Shown: positions 7,758-18,583, counted from the first letter of the stretch. The stretch: DNA of 64,000 nt from Bacteroidales bacterium (GCA_016933335.1 JAFGBD010000008.1:1353-65352); one strand, 5' to 3'. Numbers and translations are program-made. The notes: generated from the sequence alone by a model not told the origin.

Positions 7758-8912
7758 ATGAAGAAGCGGATAACAGTATTAGGATCAACAGGTTCAATCG
7801 GTACACAAACGTTGGAAGTGATCGGTAACCACCCCGGAAAATTTGAGCTTATTGCCATTACCGCAGGCAAAAACATTGATTTGCTGATTGAACAGGCGTT
7901 TAAGTATTCGCCCCTGTATGTTGTCATTGCTGATGAAACAAAATACCGTGATGTTTATGAAGCACTGTCTTCCACCCCGATCGAGGTGATGACCGGCAGC
8001 AAATCGCTTGCTGAAGTTGCCGGTCAAAGTGATGCCGATATGGTTGTAACAGCAATGGTGGGATACGCAGGCCTCGGGCCGACTGTTGAAGCACTCCGGG
8101 CCGGGAAGGATATCGCCCTTGCAAACAAAGAAACACTGGTTGTCGCCGGTGAATACATAACCCGCCTGGCTGGTCAGAACAAAAGCAGCATTATACCGGT
8201 TGATTCCGAACATTCTGCCATATTTCAATGTCTTACAGGAGAAGCAGATAACCAGATTGAAAAAATTATCCTGACAGCTTCCGGCGGACCATTCCGGGAG
8301 AAGACATACGAGCAGTTGAAAAACGTCACCAAAGAAGAAGCCCTCAGGCATCCTAACTGGTGCATGGGGGATAAAATCACCATCGACTCTGCCACAATGA
8401 TGAATAAAGGACTGGAAGTCATTGAAGCCCGGTGGTTGTTTAATCTCTCTTCTGATCAAATCGAAGTAATCATCCATCCGCAATCTGTTATCCATTCAAT
8501 TGTGCAATTTGTTGACGGATCGATGAAAGCCCAGATGGGAATGCCTGATATGCGTATTCCGATCCAGTATGCCTTAAGTTATCCGAAAAGAATAATATCA
8601 GATTTCCCACGTTTCAGCTTTGCAGACTGTCCGGCACTTACATTTCAAAAACCCGATACCATGATATTCAGAAATCTCGAGCTGGCATATGATGCCCTGA
8701 AAAAAGGGGGGAATATGCCCTGTATACTAAATGCCGCAAACGAAATCGTGGTTGAAGCTTTTCTAAACGAGACAGTCGGATTTCTTGAAATTCCTGAGAT
8801 CATTGAAAGCGTCATGAACAAAATGAAATATATACCACACCCGTCCCTCGAGGATTATTCAGAATCCGACCATGAAACACGAAGGATCACTCATGAACTT
8901 ATCGGTAACTAA
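7758..8912 (+). CDS. dxr: 1-deoxy-D-xylulose 5-phosphate reductoisomerase
   Basis: Motifs seen: VLGSTGSIGTQTLEVI, LANKETLV, VDSEHSAIFQC, RHPNWCMGDKITIDSATMMNKGLEVIEA. Confidence 0.95.
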   Translation: MKKRITVLGSTGSIGTQTLEVIGNHPGKFELIAITAGKNIDLLIEQAFKYSPLYVVIADETKYRDVYEALSSTPIEVMTGSKSLAEVAGQSDADMVVTAMVGYAGLGPTVEALRAGKDIALANKETLVVAGEYITRLAGQNKSSIIPVDSEHSAIFQCLTGEADNQIEKIILTASGGPFREKTYEQLKNVTKEEALRHPNWCMGDKITIDSATMMNKGLEVIEARWLFNLSSDQIEVIIHPQSVIHSIVQFVDGSMKAQMGMPDMRIPIQYALSYPKRIISDFPRFSFADCPALTFQKPDTMIFRNLELAYDALKKGGNMPCILNAANEIVVEAFLNETVGFLEIPEIIESVMNKMKYIPHPSLEDYSESDHETRRITHELIGN

Positions 8913-8998
8913 TCTGTTTTTTCTTTGCATTTATAATATGATATTAAATTATCATCTTATTTTTGCATCAGTTTAAAAATCTCTATTCATACATATTG

Positions 8999-10318
8999 AT
9001 GAAAATAATCATTCAGGCGGGACAATTAATACTAAGCTTATCCATACTGGTAATCATTCATGAGTTGGGACATTTTATTTTCGCCAGGCTTTTCCGCACA
9101 AGAGTGGAAAAATTCTATCTGTTTTTTGATCCCTGGTTCTCGCTGTTTAAAATAAAAAAAGGTGAAACAGAATATGGTATTGGATGGCTCCCGCTGGGAG
9201 GTTATGTTAAGATAGCAGGTATGATCGATGAATCGATGGATAAGGAACAGTTAAAGAAACCTCCCCAGCCATGGGAATTCCGCTCAAAACCGGCATGGCA
9301 AAGGCTATTTATTATGCTTGGAGGGGTATCATTCAATTTTGTAACGGCCATTTTAATTTATGTTATCTTGTTATTCAATTACGGCGAAGAGTATCTGCCG
9401 AATGAAAATGTCACCTATGGCGTTATCTGGGATTCACTTGCACTGGAACAGGGATTCAGAAATGGCGATAAGATTCTTCTTTTGGACGGGGAAGAAATTG
9501 AAAGATACAGCGATATTGATAAAACCATTGTTACTGATGGTGTTAATACAATCACTGTCGAAAGGAACGGTGAAGTAATTACACTTGCATTGCCTGATGA
9601 TTTCGTAAGAATGATAATTGCCAGGGAAGCTTTTCCCATTACAAAACCTGTGGTCCCGAATATCATAGATTCTGTATTGCCTAAATCAGAAGCCATGAAA
9701 ATTGGACTGATGAGCGGTGACAGAATCATTCAAATCAATAAAACACCTGTTTGCAACTGGTATGACATCCTGGAAAATATAAGCGGAAAGTCCAACCATG
9801 AGATCGAACTGAAGATACTCCGCCAGAATGATACGATCGATAAGATTGCAAATATACCTGCAACCGGTAAAATCGGGATAGCACCTGTGCCTTTCAATAC
9901 AAGGACAATCAAATACTCTTTCATGCAGTCTGTACCCAGGGGTATTGAAAGCGGTGTCCAGACACTGGTAAGTTATGTTAAACAAATCAAGTATGTTTTT
10001 ACAAAGGAAGGGGCCAAAAGCATCGGAGGATTCGGAAGGATCGCCAGCTTATTTCCCAAAGCCTGGAACTGGATTGAGTTCTGGCAATTGACGGCTTTGC
10101 TTTCCATCATTCTTGCATTTATGAATATCCTGCCAATTCCTGCCCTGGATGGAGGACATGTGATGTTTCTCATGTACGAGATCATCACAGGACGAAAGCC
10201 CGGCGACAAATTCCTGGAATATGCCCAGATTACAGGTATGATCATCCTTCTGACTTTGCTTCTGTATGCAAACGGGAATGATATTTACCGCGGTATACAA
10301 AACTGGTTTGGCAGGTAA
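8999..10318 (+). CDS. rseP: RIP site-2 metalloprotease RseP (M50)
   Basis: HELGH zinc motif in the first TM (IIHELGHFIFA), a central PDZ-like region, and C-terminal NILPIPALDGGH. It follows dxr, which is conserved synteny. The start was moved to the ATG at 8999 (MKIIIQAG). Confidence 0.9.
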   Translation: MKIIIQAGQLILSLSILVIIHELGHFIFARLFRTRVEKFYLFFDPWFSLFKIKKGETEYGIGWLPLGGYVKIAGMIDESMDKEQLKKPPQPWEFRSKPAWQRLFIMLGGVSFNFVTAILIYVILLFNYGEEYLPNENVTYGVIWDSLALEQGFRNGDKILLLDGEEIERYSDIDKTIVTDGVNTITVERNGEVITLALPDDFVRMIIAREAFPITKPVVPNIIDSVLPKSEAMKIGLMSGDRIIQINKTPVCNWYDILENISGKSNHEIELKILRQNDTIDKIANIPATGKIGIAPVPFNTRTIKYSFMQSVPRGIESGVQTLVSYVKQIKYVFTKEGAKSIGGFGRIASLFPKAWNWIEFWQLTALLSIILAFMNILPIPALDGGHVMFLMYEIITGRKPGDKFLEYAQITGMIILLTLLLYANGNDIYRGIQNWFGR

Positions 10319-10347
10319 TATTTAAATTAAGCAGACACCTGTGAAAA

Positions 10348-10380
10348 TTTAGTTTCAAGAATAAATTATTCTTAACTTTG
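10348..10380 (+). promoter_or_regulatory. Candidate promoter of tatA
   Basis: The -7 element TAACTTTG (10373-10380) matches TAnnTTTG. The -33 region is only TTTA, at N21 spacing. Confidence 0.35.
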
Positions 10381-10412
10381 AATCTCATGCATTTATTATA
10401 AACAATAAAACT

Positions 10413-10619
10413 ATGAACTTAAGTATCTTATTAGGTATGCTGGGTGCTCCGGAAATTATTCTGATTATTCTTGGCCTCTTAATTTTATTCGGCGGCAGAA
10501 AAATTCCGGAATTGATGAAAGGGCTTGGTCAGGGAATGAAGGAATTTAAAAAAGCTTCAAAGAATGATGATTCAGGCGAAACCCGTACAGGTGAATCAAT
10601 AGAAGAAAAGTCAAAATAA
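10413..10619 (+). CDS. tatA: Twin-arginine translocase TatA/E family protein
   Basis: 68 aa with an N-terminal TM helix followed by FGGRKIPELMKGLGQGMKEFKKA (amphipathic helix signature). Confidence 0.85.
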   Translation: MNLSILLGMLGAPEIILIILGLLILFGGRKIPELMKGLGQGMKEFKKASKNDDSGETRTGESIEEKSK

Positions 10620-10643
10620 GTGCTTTGAAGATGAACATATTAA

Positions 10644-10681
10644 CCTGTCTGATCTTAAAAGGCGGACAGGTATTTTTTTTT
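10644..10681 (+). terminator. Rho-independent terminator after tatA
   Basis: CCTGTC ... GACAGG stem followed by TATTTTTTTTT. Confidence 0.65.
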
Positions 10682-10732
10682 CATCATCACACTTCTTGTT
10701 TATAACTCATACTTATAACAGTACGAATACAA

Positions 10733-11914
10733 ATGATCAGATTCTCCGTCTTCCTGATACTAATAATGAGTTTTATAAATTCATTCACACAGGAAATCCA
10801 TAAAAAGCCGGTAAGAATAAATGCTGCTGAGGAAAACGCTCCACTACCGTCCTATCCTGATCTCTTCTTTGAATACCGTATAGCCGAACTAAATATAAAT
10901 ACTCCCATAGAGCTTGACTACAATGAAGCTGTCAGATATTATATCGATCTGTACAGTATTCACAGAAGAGATGAATTTGCCAGAATAATTGGATTATCTG
11001 AGCTGTACTTTCCATATTTTGATGAAATGCTGGCAAAAAACAACCTGCCTCTGGAGCTGAAATATCTCACCATTGTTGAATCCGGATTAAATCCGTTGGC
11101 CGTTTCCAAATCAGGTGCTGTCGGGCTCTGGCAGTTCCTGCTGAATACAGGCAGGTTATTCGATCTGGAAATCAATTCATACATCGATGAACGAAGAGAT
11201 CCTTTTAAATCGACTGAAGCAGCATGCAGATACCTCAAATACTTATACAATACATTTAACGACTGGCAACTTGTTTTGTCTTCATATAATGGTGGGCCGG
11301 GGGATGTAAGAAAGGCGATAGAAAGAAGCAATGGAGCCCTGGATTACTGGGAAATCCGACCCTGCCTTTCCGACCAGGCACAGAATTATGTACCTGCCTT
11401 TATAGCTGTTACTTATCTGATGAATTACTATCGCGAACATCACATCCAGCCCATACCTCCGCTGTTTTCTTACAGCGATCTGGATACTCTGCGAATCAGT
11501 TACCACCTTACTTTTTCCCAAATATCTGATATGCTGGGTGTCACTGTTGAACAGCTCAGGTTTCTCAATCCGGTTTACAAAATGGATGTTGTACCTGAAA
11601 TGAATGAACCTGCTATCCTTGTATTGCCAAAAGACAAGATCAGCCTATTCATACAGAACGAATCAAAAATACTTGGTAATGGCCCCGAAGTGAAAGACTA
11701 TCATACCATGATCAATAATTCGCGGTCTACTGACAATAAAATACAGATCATTCATATTGTTGAGAAAGGTGAATTCTTTCATAAAATCGCTCTAAAGTAT
11801 AACTGCACCCTGGAGAATATTAAAGCATGGAATAATCTGACTGATAACACCCTGAGCCCAGGGCAAAGGCTTATAATCTGGATTGACAGAGATTACGATA
11901 AAAAAAATCAATGA
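10733..11914 (+). CDS. Lytic transglycosylase (SLT domain, MltD-like) with C-terminal LysM
   Basis: Signal peptide; TIVESGLNPLAVSKSGAVGLWQF (catalytic Glu motif); SYNGGPG; C-terminal LysM HIVEKGEFFHKIALKYNCTLENIKAWNNL. Confidence 0.85.
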   Translation: MIRFSVFLILIMSFINSFTQEIHKKPVRINAAEENAPLPSYPDLFFEYRIAELNINTPIELDYNEAVRYYIDLYSIHRRDEFARIIGLSELYFPYFDEMLAKNNLPLELKYLTIVESGLNPLAVSKSGAVGLWQFLLNTGRLFDLEINSYIDERRDPFKSTEAACRYLKYLYNTFNDWQLVLSSYNGGPGDVRKAIERSNGALDYWEIRPCLSDQAQNYVPAFIAVTYLMNYYREHHIQPIPPLFSYSDLDTLRISYHLTFSQISDMLGVTVEQLRFLNPVYKMDVVPEMNEPAILVLPKDKISLFIQNESKILGNGPEVKDYHTMINNSRSTDNKIQIIHIVEKGEFFHKIALKYNCTLENIKAWNNLTDNTLSPGQRLIIWIDRDYDKKNQ

Positions 11915-11971
11915 TAAATACTGGCATAAATATTGTGAAATTGTTAGAAAATAAAACAAATATCTGAAATC

Positions 11972-12973
11972 ATGAAGACTTCCGGATTAATTGGTTTTCC
12001 AGTCATCTTATTATTAGTTCTTGTTAATTTTGCATGCACCTCCGGCGATAACCAACCTCTGCTCCCTACAATTTCGGGAATGCCGGGAGACCTTATAATT
12101 GTAATAAACAAGGCAGAATTGGATACAAGAATCGGAGATGAATTCAGGAGGGTCTTTGAGGAACCATACCAGGTGTTGCCGCAATATGAGCCGGTCTTTG
12201 ATGTCATTCAGGTTCCGCATAATGCATTTGGTAATGTAATGAAATCACAGAGAAATATCATCATTGTTGACCTGTCACCCAAATATCAGGAATCCAAAAT
12301 CATTGTTCAGAAAGATATCTGGGCAAAACCCCAGCTGGTACTCAATATGAATGCCAGAGATGATGACGCTTTTATCAGGCTTTTTAAGGACAATGAAAAG
12401 AGGATAATCAATCTTTTGGAGAATATAGAGCGTCAGAGGCTGATGGATACCTATAAAAAAAACCTGGATGGTAAGATCCTGGAAACCCTGAAACACAAAT
12501 ACCATTTATCGTTACTAATACCCAAAGGATATCAGATAAAGCAAGAAGCTGATGATTTCGTATGGATAGGTCAGGATGTGTCAACTTCTATTCTGGGTGT
12601 CCTTGTTTATCAATATGAATATTCCGATACGAATACATTTACAAAGGAATACCTGATTAAGATGCGAAACAGATATGCAGGCAAATATGTTCCCGGTGAG
12701 ATTGAAGGATCCTACATGATTACTGAACAGGAATATGGCCCGTTTTTCTCCCAGTACAAACTAAGGGGTGAACGGTATGTAGCAGAACTGCGTGGACTCT
12801 GGAAAATGGAGAAGGGCATTTCAATGGGCGGTCCTTTTGTCAGTATTACCACACTGGATGAGAAGAGAAACAAGATCGTTACGGCTGAAGGCTTTGTCTT
12901 TGCAGCAGGGCAGAAAAAAAGGAACTATCTCAGACAGGTTGAAGCAATTGTATTAAGTCTGGAAATCCCTTAA
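11972..12973 (+). CDS. Conserved Bacteroidetes lipoprotein (resembles DUF4837 from memory)
   Basis: Signal peptide plus lipobox (LVLVNFACTSG). I recognise no enzymatic motif. The family name comes from recollection of similar sequences only. Confidence 0.5.
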   Translation: MKTSGLIGFPVILLLVLVNFACTSGDNQPLLPTISGMPGDLIIVINKAELDTRIGDEFRRVFEEPYQVLPQYEPVFDVIQVPHNAFGNVMKSQRNIIIVDLSPKYQESKIIVQKDIWAKPQLVLNMNARDDDAFIRLFKDNEKRIINLLENIERQRLMDTYKKNLDGKILETLKHKYHLSLLIPKGYQIKQEADDFVWIGQDVSTSILGVLVYQYEYSDTNTFTKEYLIKMRNRYAGKYVPGEIEGSYMITEQEYGPFFSQYKLRGERYVAELRGLWKMEKGISMGGPFVSITTLDEKRNKIVTAEGFVFAAGQKKRNYLRQVEAIVLSLEIP

Positions 12974-13009
12974 TAATACTGCCCGGATAGGTTCGAAAAT
13001 AATATTACT

Positions 13010-13300
13010 TTATTTTTTCACCGGCGAAACAGAATTATTCCGATTCCCGGTTTTTCTTCCTGGCGGCACAGGATCATAACCACTGGTTCCCCATGGATGA
13101 CAACGCAGAATCCTTTTTATCGCTAGCCAGCCTCCATAAAACAGTCCGTGTATTTTTATTGCCTGCACTGCATATTCCGAGCAGGTAGGCAAGTGCCTGC
13201 AACTTGCCGGAAGAAGAGGGGAAATGGTATGCTGATAAAGTCTTATGGGCAGGATGGCAATGAATATGATTATTTTTCTTATTCTTTCAAACAAGTTCAT
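13010..13300 (-). CDS. yidD: Membrane protein insertion efficiency factor YidD
   Basis: [19 protein letters not shown] ... [14 protein letters not shown]. Confidence 0.85.
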   Translation of the reverse strand: MNLFERIRKIIIFIAILPIRLYQHTISPLLPASCRHLPTCSEYAVQAIKIHGLFYGGWLAIKRILRCHPWGTSGYDPVPPGRKTGNRNNSVSPVKK

Positions 13301-13374
13301 TTGTTATTTTTATGTTTGGTATCCGGCAGAGGCCCCTTGTATCAGATATGAAGCCGCAAATCTGACTGTTTTGT

Positions 13375-13785
13375 TTACTCTCCGGAATATTCGACAAAAT
13401 TCCTCTCCGTTTCATACAATACGACTGTAAGGTCGAATTTATGATCGATTTTCATCCGTAATATTCTCCATATTATGATGGCAATATTCTCGGCGGTCGG
13501 ATTGAGATTCTTAAACTCTTCCACATCAAGGTTAAGGTTTTTATGGTCCAGTTTTTCAATGATTTTCTTTTCAACAATATCCTTCAAAACCTTCATGTCA
13601 ATTACATAACCGGTCTTATCATCAACTTCACCTTTTACCTTGACGATCAAGTTGTAATTATGTCCGTGAAAATTCGGACTACTGCATATCCCGAATACCT
13701 TTTGATTAACAGAATCGTCCCATTCCGGATTATATAACCGGTGTGCAGCATTGAAATGAGTTTGCCTGCAGACTGTTACCTTCAT
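13375..13785 (-). CDS. queD: 6-carboxytetrahydropterin synthase QueD (PTPS family)
   Basis: HFNAAHRL and CSSPNFHGHNY motifs; 136 aa. Confidence 0.85.
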   Translation of the reverse strand: MKVTVCRQTHFNAAHRLYNPEWDDSVNQKVFGICSSPNFHGHNYNLIVKVKGEVDDKTGYVIDMKVLKDIVEKKIIEKLDHKNLNLDVEEFKNLNPTAENIAIIIWRILRMKIDHKFDLTVVLYETERNFVEYSGE

Positions 13786-14114
13786 ATATCAAATAGTTAT
13801 ATTATGTCTGTTATAACATCATCTGTAAAAAAATGTTTAATTTACAGCATCAGGACAAAATTATGCATTTTAAACATAAATATCTGACTTCTATAGCCAG
13901 CTGTAGAACATCTGATTTACGATGAATTGTTTAAGGTAACTCCGGGATAGATCGTAATCATTGACAAATACGAATACAACGCCTGTCAGAGAAGAAAGTT
14001 AAGCTGAAAAGCGCCAGGAAAGCCTGGATAACTGTTAAGAATTAACATCTTTTAACGCCAAATACTTTTAAAACTCTCTTTCAATGATTATTTTAATTTT
14101 CAAACAGGGAGGTA

Positions 14115-14951
14115 ATGCAAAAAGGCCTGATTATTTTCTTTTATCTGTTATTAGGTTGTTTTCCGGTTAAGACTGCTGTTTCTCAGGTTTTACACTTTAA
14201 CAGCAGAATAATAACAGGAAAACTGATTGATAATGAAACAGGTAAAGGTATCCCATTTGTTCATGTACTCAATGAAAGTCTACGGGTTTCAACCATTTCC
14301 GATACATCAGGAAGGTACACCATTCGCGGAAATACAGGTGATACACTGGTTTTCAGTGTTCTGGGATACCTGGGAAAGTATATTGTCTTTAAAGGGATGA
14401 AGGCAGGGGAGTTGCCGGTGACGGAGCTTGTTCCAAGAACTTATGATATAGCGGAGGTAAGGGTATTCGGATATTCTTCATATTCGAAATTCAAACAGGA
14501 TTTTCAGAATCTCAGACTTCCTGAGACACAGACCGACAGGTTGAGGGAAGATCTGAACCAGATTGCCCTTGAGATCGGGAAAGAAGCCAGGTACCAGTTG
14601 GAGATGGAAAAGGCTGCCCGTGGAGGCAATCTTTTATCGGTACCTATCCTTTCACCCGAGGAGGTTCAAAGACTTAAGCTGAAAGAAATTATCAAAGAAG
14701 AAAAAATTCAATCTGTCATCGATAAAAAATTTAACAGAGAGATCGTTGCCGGCCTGACCGGATTACATGACAAAGAACTTGATGATTTCATGCTTTTTTG
14801 TAACTTAGATAGACAGTTTCTGCTGGAGGCTAACCAGTACGAGATACTGGTGAAAGTGCTTGAAAGGTTTGAAGCGTTCAAACAAATCAAAAAGAACACG
14901 GGAACCATACAAAAACCATTCCGTCATGCTTGCAGTACCTTCCTTTCATGA
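14115..14951 (+). CDS. Secreted protein with carboxypeptidase-regulatory-like (CarboxypepD_reg) N-terminal domain
   Basis: Signal peptide, then ITGKLIDNETGKGIPFVHVLNESLRVSTISDTSGRYTIRGNTGDTLVFSVLGY. The remainder is charged and helical, and its function is unknown. Confidence 0.55.
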   Translation: MQKGLIIFFYLLLGCFPVKTAVSQVLHFNSRIITGKLIDNETGKGIPFVHVLNESLRVSTISDTSGRYTIRGNTGDTLVFSVLGYLGKYIVFKGMKAGELPVTELVPRTYDIAEVRVFGYSSYSKFKQDFQNLRLPETQTDRLREDLNQIALEIGKEARYQLEMEKAARGGNLLSVPILSPEEVQRLKLKEIIKEEKIQSVIDKKFNREIVAGLTGLHDKELDDFMLFCNLDRQFLLEANQYEILVKVLERFEAFKQIKKNTGTIQKPFRHACSTFLS

Positions 14952-15882
14952 CATACAGAAAGCTCATCTCAGGATCAAAAGGATGATTCATGATACTCCG
15001 GTTATGACCTCCTCCGGCATCAACCATATAACCGGTTCAGTTCTGTTTTTTAAATGCGAAAATTTTCAGAAAGCAGGTTCTTTTAAATTCAGGGGAGCAG
15101 CGAATGCATTGCTCAGCCTGGATGAAGAAAGCGCCTCAAAGGGAGTTGCCACCCATTCCTCCGGTAATCATGCTGCAGCACTTGCACTGGCTGCAAAACT
15201 AAGGGGAGTTAAATGCTTTGCAGTCATGCCTCATAACGCACCAAAAGTGAAAATAAATGCCGTAAAAGGATATGGTGCGGAAATCACTTTTTGTGAGCCA
15301 ACACTCCGGTCGAGAGAATCAACCCTGCAGAACATGATTGCCAAAAACGAAGCTGTTTTCATTCATCCGTACAACAATTTTAATGTTATCTGCGGCCAGG
15401 GCACTGCAGCCATCGAATTTCTCCGTGAAGTTCCTGATATTGAGATCATGATGGCTCCTGTTGGCGGAGGCGGCCTTTTCAGCGGAACACTGATAGCAGC
15501 AAAGGCTGTACACCCGGAGATGAAAGTGTATGGTGCCGAACCAAAAAATGCAGATGATGCATACCAGTCCTTCAGAAAAAAAAGGCTCATACCTTCTGTG
15601 AAGCCAAATACCATTGCCGACGGACTTTTAACATCATTAAGTGAGCTGACCTTTAGGATCATTACAGATAAAGCTGATGATATATTCACAGTCAGTGAAG
15701 ATGCCATCATTGAGGCCATGAGACTTATCTGGGAACGAATGAAGATTGTTGTGGAACCATCGGCTGCTGTTCCCTTGGGTGTTGTCCTTGAGAATAAGGC
15801 ATTTTTCAGGGGAAGGAAGACCGGACTGATACTGAGCGGAGGTAATATTAATGTTGAAGCATTGCCCTTTCAGGGTGTTTAG
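14926..15882 (+). CDS. PLP-dependent threonine/serine dehydratase (serine racemase-like) family enzyme
   Basis: FFKCENFQKAGSFKFRGA (PLP lysine) and APVGGGGLFSG glycine loop. The likely start is MLAVPSFHDIQKAH at 14926, which overlaps the upstream ORF by 26 nt. Confidence 0.8.
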   Translation: MLAVPSFHDIQKAHLRIKRMIHDTPVMTSSGINHITGSVLFFKCENFQKAGSFKFRGAANALLSLDEESASKGVATHSSGNHAAALALAAKLRGVKCFAVMPHNAPKVKINAVKGYGAEITFCEPTLRSRESTLQNMIAKNEAVFIHPYNNFNVICGQGTAAIEFLREVPDIEIMMAPVGGGGLFSGTLIAAKAVHPEMKVYGAEPKNADDAYQSFRKKRLIPSVKPNTIADGLLTSLSELTFRIITDKADDIFTVSEDAIIEAMRLIWERMKIVVEPSAAVPLGVVLENKAFFRGRKTGLILSGGNINVEALPFQGV

Positions 15883-16986
15883 CTAAATATACTCATCTTT
15901 CAGATAAAAATAACAAATAATCGGAAAGTGATCCGACAGTCTGATTTTTTTTGTTTTAAACTCCAGGGTATTTATTGATTTGCTGTGAAGAATATAATCA
16001 ATCCTGAAAGACGGAAAATGACCGAAATAGGTATTGCCAATCCCGGTTCCTGATTCAAGATATGCATCTTTAAGTCTGCCTCTCAGCTTATAATAGGTAT
16101 ATGAAACAGGTGTATCGTTAAAATCGCCGCAAACCATGCATGAATAAGGTGAACTGTTAATGTGCCGGCTTAAGGTTTCCACCTGCCTGGCTCTTTTCAA
16201 ATAAGCATGTTTTAACCTGTAAGAAATATTTTTGAATTCAAGGATATGTCTCGGACTGTAATTAAATATGATCGAATCAAGAAAATGATAATCGTCTTTC
16301 TGTAGCTGTGTGGACTGAAGATGACAATTATAGATCCTCACAGTATCTTCATTGATCCTGATATCTGAAAAAATGCATGCGTTCTTTGTGCCCGTAAATT
16401 TTATAATCCCTTTATTAATAATAGGATATGAACTATATGTGGCTATTCCCAGACTTTTTTTGTTTGAAGCCACATTGGTATAGTAAATATGAGAATATGG
16501 ATTAAGGTGCAGCATTTTTTTAATCGAATCCTCTGAAAACCTGCTGCCTTCCAGGGTAAGGAATTCCTGCAGACAGACCAGTCCGGCTTCTTCCTTTTGA
16601 ATAAAGGCAAGTATGTCTTCAGGTACAGATTTGATATTTAACCAGTTATAATAATTAAACAATCTTACATTGTAGGATAATAATTTAACAACAGTTTTAT
16701 CTGCAGGTGGTTTGCTATTACAAATATTAAGCTGTATAAACCTGGCCGCACTTTTCCAGCACAAGAGAATCACAACAAGAGAGATGAGAAAACCATACTT
16801 TCTGAGGATAGCCCAGAAGACCAGAAAGAGTATATTTATGATCAGAATGTAAGGAAATATAAGACCCAGGAAAGCAAAATACCAGATTCTCTCGGGGCTG
16901 ATATAAACAGAAAGGCCTGATACAATCAGTAATGCAGCAAAAACAATATTAGTGATTAGAATGATCCTGAATAGAAGTTTTTTCAA
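15883..16986 (-). CDS. Membrane-anchored endonuclease/exonuclease/phosphatase (EEP) family protein
   Basis: Three N-terminal TM helices, then LLSYNVRLFN, VCGDFNDTP and SDHFPI. Its stop codon abuts the stop of the convergent dehydratase gene. Confidence 0.75.
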   Translation of the reverse strand: MKKLLFRIILITNIVFAALLIVSGLSVYISPERIWYFAFLGLIFPYILIINILFLVFWAILRKYGFLISLVVILLCWKSAARFIQLNICNSKPPADKTVVKLLSYNVRLFNYYNWLNIKSVPEDILAFIQKEEAGLVCLQEFLTLEGSRFSEDSIKKMLHLNPYSHIYYTNVASNKKSLGIATYSSYPIINKGIIKFTGTKNACIFSDIRINEDTVRIYNCHLQSTQLQKDDYHFLDSIIFNYSPRHILEFKNISYRLKHAYLKRARQVETLSRHINSSPYSCMVCGDFNDTPVSYTYYKLRGRLKDAYLESGTGIGNTYFGHFPSFRIDYILHSKSINTLEFKTKKIRLSDHFPIICYFYLKDEYI

Positions 16987-17022
16987 TTTGCCTGAACGAT
17001 TTAATTGTATTTTTTACTCCAA

Positions 17023-17946
17023 TCAATTTTTTCCACTCATCTTAAAAAGTGTTTCCTTTTCCTTTTTTGTCAGGCTGTCATAACCCGACTTGGCTATTTT
17101 ATCAAGTATACGGTCGATTTCTTCCTGCATCTGGGCCTTACGGCGATTATATTCCATGTCGGTCATTTCTCCGGCAGATTTTTTATGGGAAACTTTCATC
17201 CTTTTTTTCCTCCCGGAAAATAAGGTTACAATATTATCTATCAACCTGTTGAGACCCTGCCCCATGTCCTTTCCTTTTCGAAGCTGTAAAATAAAGAAAT
17301 AAGCATATATGACACCGCCAAGATGTGCAATATGACCGCCTGCATTGTAAGATGCAACCTGGAGTATATCCGTAATAATAAAGAAAATTGCAATGTATTT
17401 CAGTTTAACCGGCCCGATGAACGGCAGATACATCGCGTAATTAGGTGCATAGAAAGAAATAGCCATTGCCACAGCCATTACACCTGCTGAAGCTCCCAGC
17501 ATCTCAGCTACATCAACCGTCGCCAATAGTCCGGGGAAAATATTGTATGATAAAATAAACAGGAATGCGCCTGCCAGTCCACCAAGGAAATAAGTGCTCA
17601 GTAACTGCTTTTCAGTCAGATATTGCAGGAAGATCCTTCCAAACACATACAACCAGAGAAGGTTGAAAAGGATATGAAGAAAACTGAAATGCAGGAACAT
17701 ATATGTAATCAGGGTCCATGGTTTAAGTATCAGTTTGGCCAAGCTTGCAGGAACCATTAAATAACTGATCCAGTTTTGCATGAACAGAATTCTCAGATTT
17801 CCTGAAGAAGCACCGGCTGAAGTGAATAAAGCATAAAAGATATAAACAATGTTAACTGCCAGAAAAACGGACAGGTTGATATAAATCAGCTTGGTTAGTA
17901 TGGTACCCCGTTTGAATGAAGCTTTTATTTCCTGCCAGATGTCCAT
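17023..17946 (-). CDS. Rhomboid family intramembrane serine protease (long form)
   Basis: GASAGVMAV (Ser) and GGHIAHLGGVIY (His) in polytopic TM context, with a charged C-terminal tail. Confidence 0.8.
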   Translation of the reverse strand: MDIWQEIKASFKRGTILTKLIYINLSVFLAVNIVYIFYALFTSAGASSGNLRILFMQNWISYLMVPASLAKLILKPWTLITYMFLHFSFLHILFNLLWLYVFGRIFLQYLTEKQLLSTYFLGGLAGAFLFILSYNIFPGLLATVDVAEMLGASAGVMAVAMAISFYAPNYAMYLPFIGPVKLKYIAIFFIITDILQVASYNAGGHIAHLGGVIYAYFFILQLRKGKDMGQGLNRLIDNIVTLFSGRKKRMKVSHKKSAGEMTDMEYNRRKAQMQEEIDRILDKIAKSGYDSLTKKEKETLFKMSGKN

Positions 17947-17977
17947 TGTGATCCAATATATTTAACCGGATACAAAT

Positions 17978-18583
17978 TTAATAAATCCTGAACTGGTTTT
18001 TCTTCCAGTACAAGGCAATAAAAAACCCAAAAATCGCACCGCCAAGATGTGCAAAATGTGCAATATTTCCACCTATGTTTGCTACCCCGGCAAATAATGA
18101 AAGTATTGCAAAGGCCGGTACCATGTACTTTGCTTTTATCGGGATGGGCAGGAAAATAAGCATCAGTTCAACATTGGGGAACAACAGGGCAAATGCAGCC
18201 AGTAAGCCGAAAAGAGCTCCTGATGCTCCAACCATAACTGCCGTCATATCCATAAGATGATATACCAGTAACTGCAGACCGGCTGCACCCAAACCGGATA
18301 CAAAAAAAAGAATGAACATTTTTCTGCTACCCCATACGCTTTCAATGACTTTGCCAAAAACAACAAGACCGAACATATTAAAGAATATATGCATCAATCC
18401 CGCATGCATAAACATATGTGTTATCAACTGGAATGGCCTGAAATAACCGGTATTGGGAGTGAACAATGCCAGCCACTGGATATAGTCATAACCCATTCCT
18501 GTAACAACTTTGTCGGCAAGAAATACAATGATATTAATGATCAGAATATTCCTGACAACAGGTGGTAAATTAAATCTTAACAT
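17978..18583 (-). CDS. Rhomboid family intramembrane serine protease
   Basis: HMFMHAGLMHIFFNM, GASGALFGLL and HFAHLGGAIFG. Confidence 0.85.
   Translation of the reverse strand: MLRFNLPPVVRNILIINIIVFLADKVVTGMGYDYIQWLALFTPNTGYFRPFQLITHMFMHAGLMHIFFNMFGLVVFGKVIESVWGSRKMFILFFVSGLGAAGLQLLVYHLMDMTAVMVGASGALFGLLAAFALLFPNVELMLIFLPIPIKAKYMVPAFAILSLFAGVANIGGNIAHFAHLGGAIFGFFIALYWKKNQFRIY

Noticed and set aside
7794-8495. Long antisense or alternative-frame ORFs inside well-supported genes. Examples: 233 aa opposite dxr, 177 aa at 19428-19961 opposite mutL, 170 aa at 26288-26800 opposite trpB, 158 aa at 36740-37216 opposite pdxA, 157 aa at 4334-4807 opposite the deiminase gene, 150 aa at 61974-62426, and 146 aa at 44314-44754 inside sprA.
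   Set aside because: Each lies entirely within a gene whose product carries clear family motifs. Their translations are low-complexity or Cys/Arg-rich with no recognisable motif. They are typical shadow ORFs.
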